Shown piece by piece: positions 42,978 to 51,800 of a DNA stretch of 64,000 bases. Position 1 is the first letter of the stretch. Every line of letters begins with the position of its first letter. The notes beneath the pieces are model-generated. The model saw only the letters and a program-made list of their open reading frames with translations, was not told the DNA's origin and searched no databases. This DNA is from a bacterium (GTDB lineage Bacteria; Patescibacteriota; Minisyncoccia; UBA6257; 02-FULL-45-10c): NCBI GenBank assembly GCA_030700025.1, contig JAUYKI010000006.1, positions 13,428 to 77,427 on the forward strand, written 5' to 3'. The position numbers and the translations under genes are program-made.

Positions 42978-44138
42978 CTATTTCCTAATTAGGCCAGGCA
43001 TTTTAGTTTTTGCGGCTGTGGTAAAAATCGCTATCAGCGCGGCGTGCCGGATTAATACAAATGGGATCGTGTAGTAAAAGTATTTAATATCATGGCCCAA
43101 AAAGAACCAGGGCAGGATCAGGAATAGCGACGCCAGATTGGAAAATTCTAAAGTATAGAACCAGCTTAATTTTGGCGCCGGCAGAAGAACGAAAAACGGC
43201 AGAAGCCAAAGCAAGTATTGAGGCGAAAAAACTTTATTGGTTAATAAGAAAAGCAGAGTGCCCAAAAAACAAAGCTTCAAGATATTTTCCCGGCTGTATT
43301 TTATTAACACCCAAAGATAGCTGAACGCGAAAAGCAGAAGCGACAGGGTATTGATGGCCGGGACATCTAATCCGCGAAAAAGAAATCGCCCGATAGTCCA
43401 GATATTATCCGGATTGGAATCGCGCAGACTGTTTAGGATAAAGAAATACGACCAGCCATTAAAGTTTAAAAGCGCAAAAGGCAGATTGACTACTACGGCG
43501 GTAACAATAAAAATCCCAGCTATTCTAATGTTCTTAAGAACATTAGAATAGTTTTTGAGCAGTAAAGGAGCGAGATAAATTATCGGGAAAAATTTGCTGG
43601 CAAAGCCTAAGGCCAGGAAAAATGACGCCCAGCCGTTTTTCTCCTTTTGCATAAAATAAAAAGCGGTGACGGTAAAAAGCAGGGCGAGCAAATCCCAGTT
43701 ATAAACCGCGAAGAAAATCATGGACGGAGCGAAAATCCAAAAAGTAAAAATCTTTTTCTGGTTTTCCGGACTCGTCCTGAGTTGAGCCGAAGGGCTTGCC
43801 ATGAGCCCGCCGAATGGAGCAGTTATTTTCCCCAGGATATAGGTAGCGGCGACAGCCAAAGCTATTAAAAAGGCAGAACCCCAAAAATAATAAGCTGTCC
43901 GGCCTTTCCCGATTATTCCCATGAGCTGGATGAAAACTCCGGTAATAACCGGATATTCCATTAACTTATCTATATAGGGAAAGCCCGGAGCGGAAACCCG
44001 GTCATAAAATCCCAGAACATCGCTGAAAACAATATGCCAGGGTACGCCCTTGATTAATCCCAGGCCGTGGAAGGCGGCCGAAACAAGGCCAATCAAAATT
44101 ATCGTCGGCAACAGATACGAATTTAATTTAAACGGCAT
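42978..44138 (-). CDS. polytopic membrane protein, possibly GT-C-type glycosyltransferase (DUF2029-like)
   Basis: 386 aa, >9 TM segments, loop with conserved-looking D/E and YPV motif; weak assignment. Confidence 0.35.
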   Translation of the reverse strand: MPFKLNSYLLPTIILIGLVSAAFHGLGLIKGVPWHIVFSDVLGFYDRVSAPGFPYIDKLMEYPVITGVFIQLMGIIGKGRTAYYFWGSAFLIALAVAATYILGKITAPFGGLMASPSAQLRTSPENQKKIFTFWIFAPSMIFFAVYNWDLLALLFTVTAFYFMQKEKNGWASFFLALGFASKFFPIIYLAPLLLKNYSNVLKNIRIAGIFIVTAVVVNLPFALLNFNGWSYFFILNSLRDSNPDNIWTIGRFLFRGLDVPAINTLSLLLFAFSYLWVLIKYSRENILKLCFLGTLLFLLTNKVFSPQYLLWLLPFFVLLPAPKLSWFYTLEFSNLASLFLILPWFFLGHDIKYFYYTIPFVLIRHAALIAIFTTAAKTKMPGLIRK

Positions 44139-44161
44139 TATTCAATAATAACAAAAATCCG

Positions 44162-44356
44162 CTATTTTTTAGCGGATTTTTTGAATGATCGCAAGCATTT
44201 TACGCAAAGCTTAAATCGCCCGGGCTTGCCTGGCATTATGCCCCATTGAAGATTCGGTTGCTTTTTAGTGCGGGCAGTCGGGTTGTAATGGCCGCGCAAT
44301 AATTTACGAGTGCCGCCCATCATATAGCTTTTGGCGCAATTAGTACACTGTCTCAT
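44162..44356 (-). CDS. rpmB: 50S ribosomal protein L28
   Basis: 64 aa from internal ATG: MRQCTNCAKS...GHYNPTARTKKQPNLQ...KLCVKCLRS matches bL28 C-x-x-C...RxxPNLQ...C-x-x-CL pattern; longer ORF to 44440 is an upstream extension. Confidence 0.7.
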   Translation of the reverse strand: MRQCTNCAKSYMMGGTRKLLRGHYNPTARTKKQPNLQWGIMPGKPGRFKLCVKCLRSFKKSAKK

Positions 44357-44391
44357 AGAGATTAGGATATAAGGTATAAAAAAATTAGTCA

Positions 44392-44527
44392 ATCCCACAC
44401 ATAACTGCGATTTAATCCCCAAAGCCGTGAAGTTTGGCAATAAGGCTTAGTTTTTAGCTATTGGCTTAATAAACAACGAACAACCCCTGGGATTAACTAG
44501 CTTTGCAATCGCAGTTATGAGTGGGAT
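44392..44527. repeat. Family-2 element copy 3 (ATCCCACACATAACTGCGAT / ATCGCAGTTATGAGTGGGAT), 36 nt upstream of rpmB
   Basis: outer 14 bp as in copy 1; inner 6 bp replaced on both arms (compensatory); one mismatch. Confidence 0.75.
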
Positions 44528-44570
44528 CAACCCCGCAAAAAAAAATAAAAAACTCCGAACTAATCGGAGT

Positions 44571-45303
44571 TTAATCGTTATGAAAAGCAGTATTTACTTT
44601 ACGCCGCTGGCAATCCGGGCAAAGATCTTTTTCGTGGCGGAACGCGCGGTCGAATCCCAGCGGGCCGGCAATCCAAGCATGGCCTCCCTCAATACTAAGG
44701 CAATCGCGAAGTATTTCCCGGAATTCATTTTCGGGCATTTTGGTCGTTTGGAATACGGTGTTTAAATCGCTCGTCATCTTTTTGACCCAGTCGTCTTGCG
44801 CCTGCCATTCATTGGGTAGCGTGTTTTTGGGAGTTTCTAAGTCCAATCTTTTCTTGAGAGTTTGGCAAGTAAATCGATAACAAATGCGCGGACGGCTTTC
44901 TTTTAATATACAGCCGGCCTTTCCCAGGAAAACGCACTTATATCCCTCGGACGCATAATTAGTTCCAGTCCCGGGTTCCACCGATCGGCAAGTATTCTGA
45001 CTCAAGAATTCAAAGTCCGGCATCGGCAAGGTAAAATTCGGATTTTCCATGATCAATCGGATTAAGTGAACCGCTGTCAGCGGCGAACCGCCTTGATAAC
45101 AGCATTGGCTGCATGGACTGCAGATGGCGATGGCTTTTGGATTGGAAAATAATTTCAAATGAGTTTGCCGTTCGGCTTCCAATTCTGGCGGAAGCGGGGT
45201 AATTTTCTTCCGATGCTCATTAATAAAGATCCGGAGGAATTCAGTAAATTCCCGGAGTTTTTGGAAATATTCACGGTAAGTTTCCGGCGTCATGGGTTTA
45301 CTC
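44571..45303 (-). CDS. YkgJ/UPF0153-family CxxCxxCC metal-binding protein
   Basis: CSPCSQCC motif plus additional Cys cluster (CVFLGKAGC...CYRFTC); RBS GGAG before ATG 45303. Confidence 0.5.
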
Positions 45304-45394
45304 CTATTAAGCTTTGGAGAGCTGCGCATATTGTACCTATAAGTCATTGCCAGGTCAACGGTTTAGGTTTATGATAAAAATAAATTAAAGCATT

Positions 45395-47122
45395 ATGGCA
45401 GACAGCACTATTGAACTTATCAAAAGCAAATTAGATATAGTGGATTTTTTGCGGGGATATTTAAAGTTGGTTCCGGCTGGAAAGAACTACAAAGCCGTCT
45501 GCCCATTCCATAAAGAAAAATCCCCGTCGTTTATGATTTCTCCGGACCGGGGAATCTGGCATTGTTTCGGATGCAGCGCCGGCGGCGATGTTATTAAGTT
45601 CGTAATGCAGTATGAAAATCTGGAATTTTATGACGCGCTTAAAATTTTGGCGGAAAAAGCCGGAATAGAATTAAAATCCATCGTTAACCGCGACTTTCAC
45701 GCCCATAACGTTTTATATAAGGCGCTGGAGGCGGCGAAAGAATTTTTTAAAAACCAATTGGCGAATTCGCCGGAATCCCGGAAATATTTTTTGGACCGCG
45801 GATTGAAATCGGAAACTATCGCGGAGTTTGAGCTGGGATTGGCGCCGGCCGGCCAGGACGTATTATTGCGCGGTTTATTAAAAGCGGGATTTAATGTCGT
45901 TGACTTGGAACGCGCTGGCCTGGTTTTAAAAACTGACAGGGGAACTTATTGGGACCGCTTCCGGGAACGGCTGATGTTTCCTATTCATAATCATTTAGGA
46001 AAAGTGGTGGGATTTACCGGGCGGGTATTGCCGGGCCGGGAAAGCGACAAAGTAGGCAAGTACGTTAACAGTCCGGAAACGCCGGTTTTCCAAAAGTCTA
46101 AAATTCTTTACGGATTTTATAAAACTAAAAATGACATCCGTCAAAATAATTCGGCTGTTTTAGTGGAGGGGCAGATGGATTTTTTGATGTCCTGGCAAAG
46201 CGGAGTAAAAAATATAGTGGCAACTTCCGGAACCGCTTTGACGGCAGATCATTTAGCGGCGCTGAGGCGATTGGCGGATAGCGCGGTAATGGGCTTTGAT
46301 GCGGATGACGCCGGCATTGCCGCGGCGGAACGGGCCGTAGACATGGCCGGAGCCTCGGATTTTAATACCAAAGTTTTAATGCTGGGCGGATTTAAAGATC
46401 CGGCGGATTTGGCGGAAAAGGATCCGGTTAAATTAAAAGAAGCGGTTGCCAGCGCTTTGCCGGCAATGCAATATTATTTTTATAAATATCTGAATGCCTT
46501 GCGGAATGACCAGATTATTGAGAAGAAGCGGGGGATCCGCATGGTCTTGTCAAAGATCGCCGGACTTTCCAGCGCGGTGGAGCGGTCATATTGGCTTAAA
46601 GAATTGGCTAGCCTGACGGCAATTGAAGAATCGGCATTGGCCGAAGAAATGTCGTCGGTTAAAACAGCGGACGTAGGGATCGGAGCGGTTAAAGCAGAAA
46701 CTCCCCAAGACCCGATTTTACGCAAAGATTTAATTTGCCAGAGAATTATCGCTCTTTCCCTTAATCATGATGAATTACGCGGTTTAACCGAAGCTTATTT
46801 GGAATATTTTCCGCCTTTATATAAAGGAGCGGCAGTTAAGCTTTTAAACGCATCGGGAGTGGATAGCGAAGAGGTTTCCGCGGAAGGATTATCCAGCGCC
46901 GTTACGCTGATTAGTCTTCGGTCCAGTTTGGACGCCGGGGAGGCGGATCATAAAAAGCTTAATGCGGAGTTTCAAGACCTTTTACGCCAGTTAAAAATTG
47001 AGTTTTTAAAGGAAAAAAGGCAAAAAGTCCGATTAGCCATGGCATCCGTGAAAAACGAGGAAGAAGAGTCTAAATTATTGGAGGAACACCGCTTGGTTGA
47101 CCAGGAGCTTCAGAAGTTGTAA
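45395..47122 (+). CDS. dnaG: DNA primase DnaG
   Basis: 575 aa; zinc finger CPFHKEKSPSF...CFGC; TOPRIM domain (VLVEGQMD, GFDADDAG). Confidence 0.9.
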   Translation: MADSTIELIKSKLDIVDFLRGYLKLVPAGKNYKAVCPFHKEKSPSFMISPDRGIWHCFGCSAGGDVIKFVMQYENLEFYDALKILAEKAGIELKSIVNRDFHAHNVLYKALEAAKEFFKNQLANSPESRKYFLDRGLKSETIAEFELGLAPAGQDVLLRGLLKAGFNVVDLERAGLVLKTDRGTYWDRFRERLMFPIHNHLGKVVGFTGRVLPGRESDKVGKYVNSPETPVFQKSKILYGFYKTKNDIRQNNSAVLVEGQMDFLMSWQSGVKNIVATSGTALTADHLAALRRLADSAVMGFDADDAGIAAAERAVDMAGASDFNTKVLMLGGFKDPADLAEKDPVKLKEAVASALPAMQYYFYKYLNALRNDQIIEKKRGIRMVLSKIAGLSSAVERSYWLKELASLTAIEESALAEEMSSVKTADVGIGAVKAETPQDPILRKDLICQRIIALSLNHDELRGLTEAYLEYFPPLYKGAAVKLLNASGVDSEEVSAEGLSSAVTLISLRSSLDAGEADHKKLNAEFQDLLRQLKIEFLKEKRQKVRLAMASVKNEEEESKLLEEHRLVDQELQKL

Positions 47123-47169
47123 AATAGAGGGTAATAGCCTCCCTATAGTCACTGGGAGGTTTTAATCTT

Positions 47170-48372
47170 ATGTCGGCAAAAAAACACAAAAAGAAGCCTA
47201 TAAAAAAGAAAAAAGCCGTTAAAAAGTCAAAAAAACACGCCCCTAAGCGGGTTAAATCCGGCGGCAAAAAATCGGCTAAGCCCAAGTCAGCGGCGAAAAC
47301 CGCTTCCGATGAAGTAACCCTGGATGAATTAATTGAACGCGGCCGGGGCCGGGGCTTTGTTACGGACACTGAAGTTCTGCATTTTTTTCCGCGCATTGAA
47401 GACGATGTGAGTTTTTTGGAGGAAATTTATAACAAGCTGGAAAAAGCCAATATTAAAGTTGTGGAAACTAGCCAGCTTATTACTTTGCCGAAAGAAGAAG
47501 AGGTGGGAGAAAAAGAATTGGAACGCGCGACTCAGCCGGAAGGATTGCCGGATTCGGTACAAATGTATTTGAAAGAAATCGGCAAGACGCCGCTTTTAAC
47601 CCGCGAGGAAGAAAAAGAATTAGCCAAACGGTGCGAAAGAGGAGATAAAGAAGCGCGCATTAAATTTATGAAAGCGAATTTGCGGCTGGTGGTTTCTATT
47701 GCCAAGCGCTACGTTAACCGCAGTCCGAACTTAAGCATTTTAGATTTAATCCAAGAGGGAAATATCGGTTTGTCCCGCGCGGTGGAAAAGTTTGATTACC
47801 GCCGGGGTTTTAAATTTTCTACTTACGCGACTTGGTGGATCCGACAGGCCATTACTCGGGCACTGGCAGACCAGTCCCGGACCATCCGGATTCCGGTCCA
47901 TATGGTGGAGACTATTTCTAAATATACGCAGGTCAAGCGGAGATTGATCCAGGAATTGGGCCGCGAACCGCTGGCGGAAGAAATTGCCATTGAAATGAGC
48001 ATGCCGGTGGAAAAAATACACCACATTCAGAAAATTTCCCAGGACGTTATTTCGCTGGAAGCGCCGGTAGGTGAAGACGACGAAGATTCCACCTTGTCGG
48101 AATTTATTGAAGACGTCCATAGTCTGACTCCTTCACAAATCGCTTCCAGCGCCTTATTGAAAGAAAGGATCACCGAAATTCTGGTGGACCTTACGCCCAG
48201 GGAGCAGAAGATTTTACAGATGCGTTTTGGTTTGGAAGACGGCATCACTCACACCTTGGAAGAGGTGGGCAAAGAGTTTGGAGTTACGCGGGAAAGAATC
48301 CGGCAGATTGAAGCCAAGGCATTGGCGCGCATCAAGTCCCACGAAAAGTCGCATCTCATCGAGGGCTACTAA
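47170..48372 (+). CDS. rpoD: RNA polymerase sigma factor RpoD (sigma-70)
   Basis: 400 aa; regions 1.2-4; region 2.4 (IQEGNIGL), region 4.2 HTH; basic KKKK N-terminus. Confidence 0.9.
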   Translation: MSAKKHKKKPIKKKKAVKKSKKHAPKRVKSGGKKSAKPKSAAKTASDEVTLDELIERGRGRGFVTDTEVLHFFPRIEDDVSFLEEIYNKLEKANIKVVETSQLITLPKEEEVGEKELERATQPEGLPDSVQMYLKEIGKTPLLTREEEKELAKRCERGDKEARIKFMKANLRLVVSIAKRYVNRSPNLSILDLIQEGNIGLSRAVEKFDYRRGFKFSTYATWWIRQAITRALADQSRTIRIPVHMVETISKYTQVKRRLIQELGREPLAEEIAIEMSMPVEKIHHIQKISQDVISLEAPVGEDDEDSTLSEFIEDVHSLTPSQIASSALLKERITEILVDLTPREQKILQMRFGLEDGITHTLEEVGKEFGVTRERIRQIEAKALARIKSHEKSHLIEGY

Positions 48373-48427
48373 GAAAAATCAAAATGAAAAAATCAAAATT
48401 CAAAACTACAATTCAAAATTTAAAACC

Positions 48428-48457
48428 TATCCGCTTGCGGCGGATACCTAAATTTTT
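48428..48457 (+). terminator. palindromic hairpin TATCCGC-TTGCG-GCGGATA followed by T-run (terminator-like), upstream of 48485 gene
   Basis: same palindrome arms recur at 62182-62199 before rpsM; related AATCCGCC...GGCGGATT hairpins at 12488-12504 and 13322-13341. Confidence 0.5.
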
Positions 48458-48484
48458 CACTTTACATTTTTAATTTTAAACTTT

Positions 48485-49765
48485 ATGCGCAAGATATTAA
48501 TTATTGCCATTATTTCTGTTTTATTTGGGATGAATATAGTTCATGCCCAAGAAGGCGCTTCTCTTTTACCGTCCAATCCGTTTTATTTTCTTAAAGAATG
48601 GCGCCGGGGGGCCCAGCATTTTTTTGCCTTTAGCGCGTTAAAAGAATTGGAATTGGAATTGCAGATTGTTCATGAGAAAGCTTTTGAGACTAAAAGATTA
48701 GCCGAGATTGATTCCGAAAACGATAAAGCGCTGGAAAAGGCCATTGCCAGTTATTTAGAAAGCCTTAATCGGCTGCGGGACAGTTTGAGTTCGTTGTCCG
48801 AAGCCGGCCGGAACGCGAAAATAGAACAATTTTTTAATCAGCTAATTTCTAAAAGCATTACCCACTCGGAAATATTTTCCGGCTTGAAGCCGAACGCGTC
48901 CGATAAAAATCAAAAGGGGCTGGATCAATTACAGCAGTCTATTGGCCAAACATTAGCGATTATTCCGGAAAAGTTTTGGGGTTATAAAAAATTTCGGGAA
49001 AGCTTGGAGAGTATTTTAAACAGCCGAGACAATGGAGCGCTATCCGGAATGGAAGCGGTAGGATTTTTAAATTGGCTGGAAGGAGCTTTGCCGATAGAGG
49101 GCATTAAAGAAGTTTATAAGCTGGAAGAAGATATTTTATTGGCAATTCAGGGACAGCTTTTAGCCGATGCTTCGGCCTTGGATAATTTAACCGGCGATTC
49201 AGACCGCCTAGTGGTAGCGCTGGATGGATTGCGGGAGCAGGCGGGAGACGGCGCTGATTTAAAAACTAAATTAAATCTTTTGCGGCAGCAGATTTTGGAT
49301 CAGGCGCCTTCCAGGCCTGCCCGCAAATTAGCGGGAGAAAAAACTATCGCGGAGGCCAAGCGCTTGATTAGCGGATTAGAGGGGGATTTCAGCAAATCGT
49401 TTTTATTAGCCAGGGCAAAGTTCAATTTAGAGCAGGCAGAAGTTTCATTTGCCAGCGGCCAACACAACGCGGCATTCGGCCAGGCGACCGCGGCGGTGGC
49501 AGCAGTTAAAAGCGCTTTAGGTTTGATAGTCAGGAATCAGGAAGACTTTGAAAATGATATCAAAAATTTAAAATTCCAATATGATGAATTAGTTAAATTG
49601 GCCGGAGATAATGACGCGGTCATGGGGCTGTTAGCGAAAGCGGAAAAAGATTTGATTAAAGCGGCGGATTTATTAAGCGCTAAAAATCCTAATTTAGATA
49701 AAATTAATTCTTTAGTCCGGGGAGTGAAAATAATTTTGGCAGAAGCGGGAGCGCTGGTGAAATAG
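48485..49765 (+). CDS. secreted/surface alpha-helical protein, hypothetical
   Basis: 426 aa; signal peptide MRKILIIAIISVLFGMNIVHAQEG; helical/coiled-coil composition; terminator 49786-49810. Confidence 0.5.
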   Translation: MRKILIIAIISVLFGMNIVHAQEGASLLPSNPFYFLKEWRRGAQHFFAFSALKELELELQIVHEKAFETKRLAEIDSENDKALEKAIASYLESLNRLRDSLSSLSEAGRNAKIEQFFNQLISKSITHSEIFSGLKPNASDKNQKGLDQLQQSIGQTLAIIPEKFWGYKKFRESLESILNSRDNGALSGMEAVGFLNWLEGALPIEGIKEVYKLEEDILLAIQGQLLADASALDNLTGDSDRLVVALDGLREQAGDGADLKTKLNLLRQQILDQAPSRPARKLAGEKTIAEAKRLISGLEGDFSKSFLLARAKFNLEQAEVSFASGQHNAAFGQATAAVAAVKSALGLIVRNQEDFENDIKNLKFQYDELVKLAGDNDAVMGLLAKAEKDLIKAADLLSAKNPNLDKINSLVRGVKIILAEAGALVK

Positions 49766-49785
49766 TTTTAGATCGGTCTTAATTT

Positions 49786-49810
49786 GGAGCGCCTAAAAGG
49801 CGCTTTTTTG
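49786..49810 (+). terminator. rho-independent terminator
   Basis: GGAGCGCCTAAAAGGCGCT then TTTTTTG. Confidence 0.7.
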
Positions 49811-49837
49811 TTTTCGTAAAAATTTGTATGAATTTAG

Positions 49838-49976
49838 CGAAGCCGCTACTACTTCTCTGAAACCCCCGCAGCGAGCGAGGGCTTGGCCCATCGTTAAGGC
49901 AGAGCCTCGATGGCCGAGCCGCGAGGACAAAGCGAAGTGAGCCGCCGGAGCGAACAAAGCGGGTTGAGGAAAGTGG
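49838..49976 (-). repeat. Family-3 repeat unit (inverted copy of 12268-12410)
   Basis: ~90% identity over ~135 bp in reverse complement; directly upstream of alaS. Confidence 0.8.
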
Positions 49977-50000
49977 TTCGGCTAAGCTATAATTTAACAC

Positions 50001-51776
50001 ATGAACTCAAATCAAGTCCGTAAAGAATTTCTAAGTTTTTTTAAGAAACACGGCCATGCCATTGTGCCGTCTTCTTCGCTGGTGCCGGATGATCCTTCGG
50101 TGCTTTTGACTACCGCGGGAATGCAGCAATTCAAGCCGTATTATGTCGGAAAAGCGGACCCGATTCGGGATTTTAACAGCCGAGATGCCTGTTCGGCTCA
50201 AAAATGTTTCCGGACTTCGGATATTGATGAAGTGGGCGACGAAATTCACCTGACTTTTTTTGAAATGCTCGGCAATTTTTCTTTTGGCGGGTATTTCAAA
50301 AAAGAGGCGATTCATTTTGGCTACAATTTTATTGTTAATGTTTTGGGAATTAATCCGGAAAGAATGTATGTTTCGGTTTTTGAGGGAGATTCCGATGTTC
50401 CGCAAGACAAAGAATCTTTCCGCATTTGGCACGAAGAGCTGGGCCTTCCGAAAGACAAAATTAAGCTCCATAGCCGGGCGAATAATTTTTGGGGGCCGAC
50501 CGGCAACGAAGGCCCTTGCGGCCCGACCACGGAAATTTACGTTGCTCCCTCCGTCGCTGAAGCTATGGAGGGCAAGGGCGTGGAGGTTTGGAACATTGTT
50601 TTTAATGAATTTTACGGGAAAAGAACAGATCAAAAATTGGAGTTAAAAAAGCTGGAAACTTTTGGTATTGATACCGGCATGGGCTTGGAAAGATTGGCGG
50701 TTATGCTTCAGGGAGTAAAAAATGTTTTTGAAACCGATTTATTTCACCCGTTAATTACTCAAATTCGGGAAGTCGCCCCGCATTTGGATGAAAGAGCGTT
50801 GCGGGTATTGGCGGATCATTTGCGCGCCTCGGTATTTTTAATCGCGGATGGCGTTCGGCCGTCCAATAAAGAAGCGGGTTATATTTTGCGCCGTCTGCTT
50901 AGAAGAATTTTAGTTTACGGAATTAAATATGACATTCACGCTGATTTATTCCCGATTGCCGTAAGTTTTGTCAAAGAAAATTACAGCGAGCAGTATCCGG
51001 AAGTTTCTAAAAATAAAGAAATTTTGGACGCGATGCTGGATGAAAAAACTAAATTTGAAAAAGCTTTGGCGCTGGGAGTTAAAGAAATTGAAAAATACGG
51101 CGAAATTACCGCCCAAGACGCCTTCTATATATATGAGACCTTTGGCTTGCCGTTTGAGCTTCTGCAGGAGTTGGTTCCAGCTAAAATTAAGAATCTGGAT
51201 AAAAAAGCGTTTGACGAGGAGTTTAGGAAGCATCAGGAAATTTCCCGCGCCGGAGCGGAGAAAAAATTCGGCGGACACGGCTTGCTTCTGAATACGGGCG
51301 AATTAAAAGCCGGGAGCCAGGAAGAATTGGATAAGGTTTTGCGTTTGCACACCGCTACCCATCTTTTACAGCAGGCGCTGAGGGAAGTTTTGGGTTCGGA
51401 TGTCCATCAGATGGGTTCGGACGTTACCGCGGAACGGACCCGTTTTGACTTTTCTTTTTCTAGGAAGTTAACGGACGAAGAAGTGAAAAAAGTGGAGGAG
51501 ATTGTTAATGGGCAAGTTCAAAAAGATTTGCCCGTCGGATTTGTAGAAATGCCGTTGAATGAAGCCCAGAAAACCGGCGCCCTTCATTTTTTTAAGGAAA
51601 AATATCCGGAAAAAGTAAAAGTTTATTACGTCGGCCATTCATTGCAAGACGCTTTTAGCAAAGAATTCTGTGGAGGACCGCATGTAACGAATACCTTGAA
51701 GGTGGGGAAGTTTAAAATTTCTAAGCAGGAAGCAGTTGGGGCCGGAGTAAGGCGTATTCGGGGAATTGTGGAATAG
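50001..51776 (+). CDS. alaS: alanyl-tRNA synthetase (short form lacking C-terminal C-Ala domain)
   Basis: 591 aa; AlaRS N-terminal catalytic and tRNA-recognition domains (FKKHGHAIVPSSSLVP, TTAGMQQFKPY) and editing-domain HxxxH (HTATHLLQQAL). Confidence 0.85.
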   Translation: MNSNQVRKEFLSFFKKHGHAIVPSSSLVPDDPSVLLTTAGMQQFKPYYVGKADPIRDFNSRDACSAQKCFRTSDIDEVGDEIHLTFFEMLGNFSFGGYFKKEAIHFGYNFIVNVLGINPERMYVSVFEGDSDVPQDKESFRIWHEELGLPKDKIKLHSRANNFWGPTGNEGPCGPTTEIYVAPSVAEAMEGKGVEVWNIVFNEFYGKRTDQKLELKKLETFGIDTGMGLERLAVMLQGVKNVFETDLFHPLITQIREVAPHLDERALRVLADHLRASVFLIADGVRPSNKEAGYILRRLLRRILVYGIKYDIHADLFPIAVSFVKENYSEQYPEVSKNKEILDAMLDEKTKFEKALALGVKEIEKYGEITAQDAFYIYETFGLPFELLQELVPAKIKNLDKKAFDEEFRKHQEISRAGAEKKFGGHGLLLNTGELKAGSQEELDKVLRLHTATHLLQQALREVLGSDVHQMGSDVTAERTRFDFSFSRKLTDEEVKKVEEIVNGQVQKDLPVGFVEMPLNEAQKTGALHFFKEKYPEKVKVYYVGHSLQDAFSKEFCGGPHVTNTLKVGKFKISKQEAVGAGVRRIRGIVE

Positions 51777-51800
51777 GGGGCGAGGTATTACTATAGTTAT

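Noticed and set aside
44517-44765. 82-aa plus-strand ORF
   Set aside because: It starts inside Family-2 copy 3 and overlaps the YkgJ-like gene on the opposite strand.
49779-50000. 73-aa minus-strand ORF upstream of alaS
   Set aside because: It lies entirely within the Family-3 GC-rich repeat (inverted copy of 12268-12410); it is a translation artefact.
49838-50000. T-box leader upstream of alaS
   Set aside because: There is no T-box consensus (AATTAGGGTGGNACCGCG) or specifier-loop architecture. The region is a Family-3 repeat copy.
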